From a virus (Duplodnaviria > Heunggongvirae > Uroviricota > Caudoviricetes), in the IMG/VR virus record IMGVR_UViG_2600254985_000007: 28,904 nucleotides of DNA; one strand, written 5' to 3'. The position numbers and the translations under genes were made by a program. The notes under the pieces were generated by a model that worked only from the letters and a program-made list of their open reading frames with translations, had not been told where the DNA came from and ran no database searches. Of the stretch, positions 20,380 through 27,714 are shown piece by piece (the stretch's first letter is position 1; each line of letters opens with the position of its first letter).

Positions 20380-20433
20380 TACCCACTCCTTTTTGATGTT
20401 TTTTTCAGCATATCACTTATGCCACCAAAAAAT

Positions 20434-20520
20434 AAATCAACATAAAAATCAACAGTAAACGATTAAATCAACAAAATAAATCCACAAGGTGTTGACCTAC
20501 AAATCCACATGATGTTTAAT
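20434..20520 (+). promoter_or_regulatory. OL operator cluster (five direct AAATC(A/C)ACA repeats) with PL-like promoter TTGACC-N17-TTTAAT (20492-20520)
   Basis: Repeats at 20434, 20446, 20465, 20478, 20501 match those in the cI-cro intergenic region; near-consensus sigma70 promoter reading rightward into the early-left operon. Confidence 0.65.
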
Positions 20521-20560
20521 TACTCCATCGAAACGAAACATCGACAGCTGAGCGAAGTTA

Positions 20561-20592
20561 GCCAGCGGCGGACAGCAAGTCGCCTGCTTTTT
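20561..20592 (+). terminator. imperfect stem-loop with T-tract in the PL leader (candidate early terminator or antitermination-associated structure)
   Basis: GCGGCGGAC...GTCGCCTGC pairing with a bulge, then CTTTTT, about 35-65 nt downstream of the predicted PL start. Confidence 0.4.
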
Positions 20593-20936
20593 AACAACAT
20601 GCAGATTTACAGCGTCAATGACCTGTTAAGACCCCTACACGTAAACGTGCTGTATCACCGGGTGCGATCCGGTCGGTGAGAGAGTATCCCCGCGCGAGAG
20701 CGAGAACGGCGTGAGAACGGGCAACACTGGCAGGGAGTTGGCGCTGACCAATACAGGGAATGTTATGGGATGTGGTGAAGGGTTCATGGACGGGAATATG
20801 TCGCACGTAAAGCGGCGAGGCCCGAGGAGCTATTGCCGAAGATAAGTAGGCCGAATCGGGTCGAAATGGGTCTCCCACCTACCACATCGCCAAAGCATTT
20901 CTCCCGCATCAGCGGGTAACGACAGAGGGTAAGGGG

Positions 20937-21233
20937 ATGATCGACGACATCAAGCGCATCGACTCAATGATAAATGCGCTTCGCAATATGAAACAGGACA
21001 TCAAGCGTCAGCAGAAACTAAGTGAAATAAACAGTTTAGACCTGTCGCCGAAGCAAGCTCAAAAGCGCAATGCCGATGCTGACTGGATTGCGATGGAACA
21101 GATTAAGCGTCGGCATGAGCTGCACGCTCTGTCTGTTGAGCTTGGGTTCGCTGAGCGCCGGGAAAGTTATGCTCCATTTGAATTAACTGACGGGTGGCAC
21201 CGATTCGACCACAAGCCGCGCGAACCTCAATAG
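20937..21233 (+). CDS. hypothetical protein (98 aa), first ORF of the early-left operon
   Basis: ORF with purine-rich SD; basic and charged; no clear Arg-rich N-like motif. Confidence 0.6.
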   Translation: MIDDIKRIDSMINALRNMKQDIKRQQKLSEINSLDLSPKQAQKRNADADWIAMEQIKRRHELHALSVELGFAERRESYAPFELTDGWHRFDHKPREPQ

Positions 21234-21255
21234 CCGCCTAACCAGCGGCTTTTTC
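21232..21255 (+). terminator. intrinsic terminator after the first early-left gene (tL-like)
   Basis: AGCCGC-CTAACCA-GCGGCT hairpin followed by TTTTT. Confidence 0.6.
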
Positions 21256-21388
21256 ATACCTGGAGTCATTTACGAGTGGCTCAAGTTATGACAACCGGCG
21301 GCCATCCACCGACCATTGAAACACTGAATAAATGCGTTGAAGTCTTGTATTAACCGTTCCGTTCGCCGCGATAAGGCCAAGAGGATTT

Positions 21389-21598
21389 ATGAGTGATTTG
21401 GAGTTGGGCTTAAAGATATACGCATTATGGTTTGTCGGGACGTTTCTGCTCGACATAGCAATCAACTCGCTGACGAAAAAAGAACATCGCCAGCCACTTT
21501 CAAAACTAGCCATTGACCATGTACGCATGTCTTCCGCAATAACCATTGTGGGCCTGATTGTGTGCGGTATGGGCTGGTTCTTATTCAAGGTGGTGTGA
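21389..21598 (+). CDS. small predicted membrane protein (69 aa, two hydrophobic helices)
   Basis: Two hydrophobic segments (IYALWFVGTFLLDIAI and AITIVGLIVCGMGWFLF); sits where kil/sieB-type genes lie in lambda. Confidence 0.6.
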   Translation: MSDLELGLKIYALWFVGTFLLDIAINSLTKKEHRQPLSKLAIDHVRMSSAITIVGLIVCGMGWFLFKVV

Positions 21599-21599
21599 G

Positions 21600-21758
21600 A
21601 TGACAGTCACCCACAACGGCAAGCAGTACACCGCCAAAAAGCTCAACGATAACGAGTGGCAGCTGACGTCGGTATCTAACCCGCGTGAAAAGCTGACGAT
21701 GAACCGCTGGCATATGAAGCTGGCTGGCCTCCTGGAACAGGTTGAGGTGAAGGCATGA
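21600..21758 (+). CDS. hypothetical small protein (52 aa)
   Basis: Start at ATG 21600 with AAGGTGG SD (the track ORF begins upstream at 21558); MTVTHNGKQYTAKKLNDNEWQLTSV... Confidence 0.5.
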   Translation: MTVTHNGKQYTAKKLNDNEWQLTSVSNPREKLTMNRWHMKLAGLLEQVEVKA

Positions 21759-21964
21759 TCAACCACTACGGCACCACCCCGCTCATTCGCCAGTGCGTCA
21801 CGCCCGGCATGATGGCATTGCATGAAGGCCGCACATATCGCGTCTCAGCAGTCATTCAGGAGCGCAAATGGGTCTACCTGCACACCGACGCAGAAATCAT
21901 CCGCCTCAGTGACTGCGTGATTGACGTCCTTCTGGACGGTCACGGCAACCCTCTCACCCATTAA
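21755..21964 (+). CDS. hypothetical small protein (69 aa)
   Basis: ATGA-coupled to the preceding ORF; no family recognised. Confidence 0.5.
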   Translation: MINHYGTTPLIRQCVTPGMMALHEGRTYRVSAVIQERKWVYLHTDAEIIRLSDCVIDVLLDGHGNPLTH

Positions 21965-21974
21965 GGACTTTGTC

Positions 21975-22811
21975 ATGGAAACTAAATTTCTTTCTGACGG
22001 CCGTAAGGTCGTTGTCGTTGGTGCGTTGAATAATCAGGAAACGATCGTCCAGGAAGTGTTTGTCACGCAGCAGGGTGATGAAATCCCTGGTGGCGAGCGT
22101 TTTGTGGTGAAGAGTCTACATGACCAGCCAGTTGAATCATGGTTGTCTCGTGAAAAAGCAAAACAAGAAAAAGCCCTTGCTGATGCGAAGTTGAAAATTG
22201 AAAAGATCAACTCGGAAATTAGCAACCTACAGAATACATTAAGTTTCTGGAGAGAAATGGTTAAGCAGGTAAAAGCGTTCTCAGATCATATCAATGATGC
22301 TGACCTGGACCATTTCGCAGATGTAATGACCGGGCAGGTTAAATTTGCCATTCGTCGTGATTACGGTGTGCCGTCCATTGAAAGATATGAAGATTTTATG
22401 TCTTCAATTGACAACTACTATGGGCGTAAGAAATTTGAAGGTATCAAGTGCTTATCTCTTTTGGGCAGCACTAATGGAGATATAGCTTTACGAGTAAATT
22501 GCTATTCAGATGGCAGTGGTGGAAGCGATACGGTTGAGTTCTACAAGACTATTGAAGAAGCCAGGCAGTGTGTTAAGCGCATTGCCCTGGAAAAACTCAA
22601 TGGTAACGGCCTGAGCATTGATGATGTCAAAAAGTGCCGCAATATGGGCATTGTTTTCAGCAGGGATGAGTTACAAAAAATCAAAGAACGCCTATTCTCT
22701 GCATCGGAAAAGAATCTCGCCCACTACCAAGAGAACTTCGATAAGCAAGTTGCTCAGATAAATGACGGCAAGCTGGCTATAGAGAAAATGCTTAACGAAG
22801 CAATCAACTAG
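21975..22811 (+). CDS. hypothetical protein (278 aa), AT-rich cargo gene in the early-left operon
   Basis: Start at ATG 21975 with AAGGA SD (track ORF begins at 21921); low GC; predicted coiled-coil centre; no family recognised. Confidence 0.7.
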   Translation: METKFLSDGRKVVVVGALNNQETIVQEVFVTQQGDEIPGGERFVVKSLHDQPVESWLSREKAKQEKALADAKLKIEKINSEISNLQNTLSFWREMVKQVKAFSDHINDADLDHFADVMTGQVKFAIRRDYGVPSIERYEDFMSSIDNYYGRKKFEGIKCLSLLGSTNGDIALRVNCYSDGSGGSDTVEFYKTIEEARQCVKRIALEKLNGNGLSIDDVKKCRNMGIVFSRDELQKIKERLFSASEKNLAHYQENFDKQVAQINDGKLAIEKMLNEAIN

Positions 22812-22915
22812 CCATATACGCATTTTCAGATCCATAGGCAAATAACCCTTAACCAATTCAACTGCTGCCTGTCACCAGAGGGCGAGATCTGCACATCAAA
22901 ATTTCAGGAGAAACC

Positions 22916-23884
22916 ATGAGCGAAGTAACGGACTTAACTGTCATCGAAATCAAGCCGGAACAGGCCCCAGTGCTTTACGTAGCGGGCGGCCTTGATGCTT
23001 ATCTCGAGCAAATCCGCCAGGCAGTAAACGAAGTGCCGGACCTGTCCACGAAGAAAGGACGTGACCGTGTCGCCTCTCTGGCAGCGCAGGTATCACGCAG
23101 TAAGACGGCAATTGAAAAGCCGGGCCGAGAGTACCTGAAGCGCCTGAAAGAGGCTGTGCGACCTGCTGAGGCCGAAATTAAGCGTTTCGTTGATGCATGT
23201 GACGAGCTTCGCGACGCAACCCGCCGCCCACTCACCGAATGGGAAGCCGAGCAGGAACGCATTAAGGCTGAAGAAGCCATGAACGCGCTGCACGCCGAAG
23301 CGCTGGAAATGAACATCAAGTTCGATCAGGAGTTGGCGGCCAAGTTCGAAGCAGACCACGAAATGGCTCTGCTGATGAACAAGGATTTCGACCGTGACCG
23401 CGAAGAGCAGCGCCGCCTGGCGGAACAGGCTCGGCGTGAGCACGAAGAGCGCATTAAGCGCGAAGCAGCAGAACAAGCCCGCCGAGATGCCGAAGCGAAG
23501 CACAAAGCGGAGATTGAAGCCGCAGCGCGCCGTGAAGCTGAAGAGAAAGCACGTGCAGAGCTGGCTGAACGCCAGCGCATTGAAGCGGAACAGCGTGCGG
23601 AACGCGAGAAGAAGGAAACCGAAGAGCGTGCGCGCCGCGAAAAAGAAGAAGCCGTTGCCGCCGAGCGCCGCCGCCAGGAAGAGGCAGAAGCCGCCCGTTT
23701 GGTCGAAGAGCAGCGCAAAGCTGAAGAAGAAGCGCGCCGAGCCGCAGACAAAGAGCACCGCCGCACCGTCAATCGTCGTGTCTACGCAGATCTGATTGCT
23801 CAGGGCATCCCAGAAGAATACGCACAGAAAGCAGTGCTGGCGATCGCTGGCGGCAAAGTGCAGGACGCGCACATCAAATATTGA
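22916..23884 (+). CDS. hypothetical phage protein with Glu/Arg/Ala-rich low-complexity coiled-coil core (322 aa)
   Basis: SD AGGAG upstream; globular N- and C-termini around an EAR-rich repeat region; immediately upstream of the recombination module. Confidence 0.7.
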   Translation: MSEVTDLTVIEIKPEQAPVLYVAGGLDAYLEQIRQAVNEVPDLSTKKGRDRVASLAAQVSRSKTAIEKPGREYLKRLKEAVRPAEAEIKRFVDACDELRDATRRPLTEWEAEQERIKAEEAMNALHAEALEMNIKFDQELAAKFEADHEMALLMNKDFDRDREEQRRLAEQARREHEERIKREAAEQARRDAEAKHKAEIEAAARREAEEKARAELAERQRIEAEQRAEREKKETEERARREKEEAVAAERRRQEEAEAARLVEEQRKAEEEARRAADKEHRRTVNRRVYADLIAQGIPEEYAQKAVLAIAGGKVQDAHIKY

Positions 23885-23891
23885 GGCAAAC

Positions 23892-24173
23892 ATGAACGCA
23901 TACCTCACTTACGACCGCATCGAAGAACGGCGCTGGGTTGAGCAGCAACTCACCGACGAGAAAGAGAAGTGGATCGACGACCGGGCGAAAGAACTGATCG
24001 CCATGTTCCCGAAATATGCTCTGCAAATGAGTAGCCTGTTTCTCCCAAAAGAAGCGCAAATGGCACTAGTCGGTGAAAAGGCAGAGGAAGCCTATAACGA
24101 CTATGTCACACGCATCTGTTACGACCGCGCCGAAGAAGAGTGGGATCGCCTTCATCCAATCTGCCCATTTTAA
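23892..24173 (+). CDS. hypothetical protein (93 aa)
   Basis: Start at ATG 23892 with GAGG SD after the stop of the preceding gene; MNAYLTYDRIEERRWVEQQL... Confidence 0.55.
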   Translation: MNAYLTYDRIEERRWVEQQLTDEKEKWIDDRAKELIAMFPKYALQMSSLFLPKEAQMALVGEKAEEAYNDYVTRICYDRAEEEWDRLHPICPF

Positions 24174-24182
24174 GGAGGGACT

Positions 24183-25100
24183 ATGAGCTTAACCCTTGTT
24201 GATTTCGTCAAACAACAGGAGCCGCTTTTCATTAAGGCGGCCACTGACGAGCGGATGGTGTGGGCGAAGGAAAGTCAGTTCGCCATCCAGCTATTTCAGA
24301 ACAACGACTACCTCGCGAAAGTTGCATTCCAGAACCAGACCAGCACACAGAACGCGATCATCAACGTTGCGGCTATCGGTATTTCGCTAAACCCAGCTCA
24401 GAAGCTGGCTTACCTGGTTCCGCGTAAAGGGGCTATTTGCCTCGACATCAGTTACATGGGCCTGATGCACATCGCGCAGCAGTCTGGCGCCATTAAGTGG
24501 TGCCAGTCGGCTATTGTTCGAAGAAACGACCAGTTCCGCCGCGAGGGGCTCGATAAGCCGCCGATCCACATCTACAACGACTTTGATACTGAAGAGCAGC
24601 GCGGGGACATTGTAGGGGCGTATGTAACGGTAAAAACTGACGATGGTGATTACCTTACCCATACGATGCGCATCGATGCCATCTACTCCATCCGTGACCG
24701 GTCTGAAGCATGGAAGAAGTACAAATCTGACAACAGCAAGAAGTGTCCATGGGTCACCGATGAAGAGCAGATGATCCTAAAGACGGTCGTGAAGCAGGCA
24801 GCAAAATACTGGCCTCGACGTGAGCGCCTGGATGCCGCCATCGACCATGTTAATACCGAGGGTGAGGAAGGTATCAACTTCTCAGCAGAACGCCAGCCAG
24901 AACGCGATGTAACCCCAGCAGGAGACGAAATTATCAAGGAGATTAACGACGTCCTTATCGCAATGGATAAGACATGGGAAGAAAACCTGCTCCCAGTCTG
25001 TTCGCAAATTTTCCGTCGTGATATTCGCGATTCATCCGAGCTTACCCAAGCCGAGGCAGTTAAGGCCTTAGGCTTCCTCAAGAAGAAGGCGGCAGCATGA
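24183..25100 (+). CDS. recT: RecT-family single-strand annealing protein
   Basis: AAGGAGG SD; conserved RecT-like blocks (...[15 protein letters not shown]..., ...[24 protein letters not shown]...). Confidence 0.85.
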   Translation: MSLTLVDFVKQQEPLFIKAATDERMVWAKESQFAIQLFQNNDYLAKVAFQNQTSTQNAIINVAAIGISLNPAQKLAYLVPRKGAICLDISYMGLMHIAQQSGAIKWCQSAIVRRNDQFRREGLDKPPIHIYNDFDTEEQRGDIVGAYVTVKTDDGDYLTHTMRIDAIYSIRDRSEAWKKYKSDNSKKCPWVTDEEQMILKTVVKQAAKYWPRRERLDAAIDHVNTEGEEGINFSAERQPERDVTPAGDEIIKEINDVLIAMDKTWEENLLPVCSQIFRRDIRDSSELTQAEAVKALGFLKKKAAA

Positions 25101-25777
25101 CACCAGAAATTATCCTGGCCCGGACCGGCATAGATGTGTCCACCGTAGAGCAAGGTGATGAAGCATGGGCCAAATTAAGGCTCGGAGTTATTACTGCCTC
25201 TGACGCTCACAACGTCATTTCCAAGCCTCGATCTGGCAGCAAATGGACAGACATGAAAATGTCCTACTTCCACACCTTGCTCGCCGAGGTATGCACCGGT
25301 GTAGCGCCAGAGGTTAACGCCAAGGCGCTGGCCTGGGGCAAGCAGTACGAAGAAGACGCCCGCACCCTCTTCGAGTTCACCACTGACGTGAAAGTCACGG
25401 AGTCTCCGATCTTGTTCCGTGACGAGAGCATGCGCACCGCCTGCTCCCCTGACGGCCTGTGCAGTAACGGGTTCGGCCTTGAGCTTAAATGCCCTTTCAC
25501 CTCCCGCGACTTCATGAAATTCCGCCTTGGCGGTTTCGAAGCCATCAAGTCTGCGTACATGGCCCAGGTGCAGTACAGCATGTGGGTGACCGGAAAAGAC
25601 GCATGGTTCTTTGCAAACTACGACCCGCGCATGAAACGCGAAGGCATTCACCACGTCGTCGTTGAGCGGGATCCTCAGTACATGTCCGATTTCAACGAAA
25701 TGGTGCCGGAGTTCATCGAGAAGATGGACGAGGCGCTGGCAGAGATCGGCTTCACGTTCGGGGAACAGTGGAAATGA
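25097..25777 (+). CDS. exo: lambda-type 5'-3' exonuclease (Exo/YqaJ family)
   Basis: 226 aa, near colinear with lambda Exo ([35 protein letters not shown]...[33 protein letters not shown]...). Confidence 0.95.
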   Translation: MTPEIILARTGIDVSTVEQGDEAWAKLRLGVITASDAHNVISKPRSGSKWTDMKMSYFHTLLAEVCTGVAPEVNAKALAWGKQYEEDARTLFEFTTDVKVTESPILFRDESMRTACSPDGLCSNGFGLELKCPFTSRDFMKFRLGGFEAIKSAYMAQVQYSMWVTGKDAWFFANYDPRMKREGIHHVVVERDPQYMSDFNEMVPEFIEKMDEALAEIGFTFGEQWK

Positions 25778-26202
25778 AACGCACACCATTCTACCGCAGG
25801 CCCGGGCGAGCCGGGCAATTCTCCGGCCTCCGTGAACGCGTTATCTGGATGATTCAGACGCGCGGCCGCCCGGTCACTGGCAGCGAAATCGCCGAGAAGT
25901 TTGGCGTATCGCTCATTGAGTTTAACCGGGTCGCCAACGGCATCACCCGCGGCACCGGACAGATAGCGCAGATCGTTGAGTCGGAAAAATGGATCAACGA
26001 GGACGGCATCTGCGACCGGACATTCGACCTGGTTACGAAGCCAAAGGTCATTACGCCGCAGGGTAAATCTCGGCTGTTCACCCGGCGCGCCATAGAGCAG
26101 TCGCAGGAAGGCAGGCGGCAGGAGTGCATTGAACGTGCAGCACGCCGTCGCCGCCTGATTGCTCAGGGCCTCTATATCGACGAAATGGAGTCCATCCTAT
26201 GA
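25774..26202 (+). CDS. hypothetical protein (142 aa), Arg-rich
   Basis: ATG 25774 overlaps the exo stop (ATGA); a GTG at 25768 is an alternative start; no family recognised. Confidence 0.55.
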   Translation: MKRTPFYRRPGRAGQFSGLRERVIWMIQTRGRPVTGSEIAEKFGVSLIEFNRVANGITRGTGQIAQIVESEKWINEDGICDRTFDLVTKPKVITPQGKSRLFTRRAIEQSQEGRRQECIERAARRRRLIAQGLYIDEMESIL

Positions 26203-26351
26203 CTCACGCTCACGACGACATCAGCGTAGGCACACTGTGCCTCCCCTTCATTGGTAACTGCTGGCTAATACCATGGGGTGAAGTGGTCAGCAATCCATTA
26301 AAGGCGCAGCGGCTCGCTGAGGAATATCGGGAAAGGCAGGAGGCAGCATGA
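26199..26351 (+). CDS. candidate small ORF (50 aa), translationally coupled on both sides
   Basis: Manual translation [50 protein letters not shown]; ATGA overlaps with the upstream stop and the dam start; below the ORF-track cutoff. Confidence 0.35.
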   Translation: MTHAHDDISVGTLCLPFIGNCWLIPWGEVVSNPLKAQRLAEEYRERQEAA

Positions 26352-27233
26352 GATACGGATCTGTTTGCAGTGGAGCTGCGGCGATGCCCATAGAAGAACC
26401 GGCGCTGCGCAGCTGGCAGCGCCCGTTCCTTAAATGGGCTGGCGGCAAATATTCGCTGCTGCCGGAACTGGATCGTTTGATCCCCGCAGGTAAACGCCTT
26501 ATTGAGCCTTTTGTGGGTGGCGGCTCGGTGTTCCTTAACTCAGACAAGCACGAACGCTTCCTTCTGGCTGACGTCAGCGCTGACCTGATTAACCTGTATC
26601 AGATGCTGGCGGTGGTCCCCGATTCGGTGATCTATGAGGCAATGAAGGCATTCAGGCATCTTAATGATGCCGAAAACTATACGTTAATTCGTGAAGCATT
26701 CAACGCGCAGCGGCTGGATGCGGTCGAGCGTGCAGCAGCATTCCTTTACCTCAATCGGCACTGCTTCAACGGCCTGATTCGTTACAACCTGGACGGTTTT
26801 TTTTAACGTCGGCTTTGGGAAATATAAAGCGCCATATTTCCCGGAAGAAGAGATCAAGGCATTTAAGCGGAAGGCTCACGCATGCGTATTCATGAATGCA
26901 GGCTTCAGGCGCACGCTCGCGCTGGCAGGTGATGGTGACGTCGTTTACTGCGATCCGCCTTATGAGCCGCTTCCCGGCACCGCTGGTTTCACTAACTACG
27001 CGGCTGGTGGGTTCTCATGGGATAGCCAGGTAGAGCTTGCGGAAAGCTGTGTGGCAGCCCACCAGCGGGGGGCAAAAGTGGTGATCAGCAATTCTACCGC
27101 ACCGCGCGTAATTGAACTTTACGAACAGCACGGCTTCAATCTGCACCGCGTCAGTGCTCGCCGGGCTATATCCAGCAAAGGCAGTACCCGCGAAACAGCG
27201 AGTGATGTCGTAGCCACTTTGGGAGTGCAGTGA
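26348..27233 (+). pseudogene. dam: Dam-like N6-adenine DNA methyltransferase (D12 class), split by a frameshift in a T8 homopolymer at 26797-26804
   Basis: First ORF carries ...FLKWAGGKYSL... and PFVGGGSVFLN (AdoMet-binding); second ORF carries DPPY. Removing one T from the T8 run restores ...YNLDGFFNVGFGKYKAPYFPEEEIKAF..., colinear with E. coli Dam. Confidence 0.85.
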
Positions 27234-27475
27234 TGATGAAGCTGATTAATCGCAGTAAGCAATCACCTATTGGTCGCCGCGCTTGCGATGTTGCGCTGGC
27301 AGCTCACTTGCAAACATATGGCGACTATGGGCGAAGCAAGATGAAAGAGACTTATACGGTGAAGGTTGAAGGCGTGAAAGTCTGGGTGGAGGTGGTGAAC
27401 CGAAAGGCGAGCTACGTGGCCACAGCGATGACCGGCATGCGCCGTCTCCGCTCCCTGCCCGGGCAGGTTGGTTGA
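27230..27475 (+). CDS. hypothetical protein (81 aa)
   Basis: ORF overlapping the dam stop; no family recognised. Confidence 0.5.
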   Translation: MMMKLINRSKQSPIGRRACDVALAAHLQTYGDYGRSKMKETYTVKVEGVKVWVEVVNRKASYVATAMTGMRRLRSLPGQVG

Positions 27476-27516
27476 AAAAGATTTTGAATGGCCCGAACGG
27501 GCAACTGGAGAGAGCT

Positions 27517-27714
27517 ATGGATGATATTTTGGTAACGTCAGACCTGACCAGTCGCTACAAAATTTCACGCAAAACCCTTTGGTCATGGCAAAGTGCAGAC
27601 ACAATGCCTCGGGGCTTCGTATGCCCGTTCCCACCCCCTGACTGGCCCGGCAACCCTAACCGCTGGCGCTCTGAGTCAATCAAAGAGTGGGAGGATAAAA
27701 AGAAGATAAATTAA
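27517..27714 (+). CDS. xis: AlpA-type excisionase / transcriptional regulator
   Basis: Small HTH protein ([25 protein letters not shown]...) convergent with and overlapping the 3' end of int; GGAGAG SD. The track ORF starts upstream at a TTG. Confidence 0.65.

Noticed and set aside
20615-20878. 87-aa minus-strand ORF inside the PL leader
   Set aside because: Antisense to the early-left transcript, no SD, and Arg/Pro-rich composition typical of GC-rich non-coding sequence.
23093-23908. Long minus-strand ORFs (271 aa and 148 aa) and a plus-strand 133-aa ORF overlapping the 322-aa gene
   Set aside because: They are artefacts of the GAA/GCG/CGC-rich low-complexity coding sequence of the plus-strand gene. 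Their translations are implausible (poly-Ser/Ala/Arg or Phe/Leu-rich) and they lack ribosome-binding sites.
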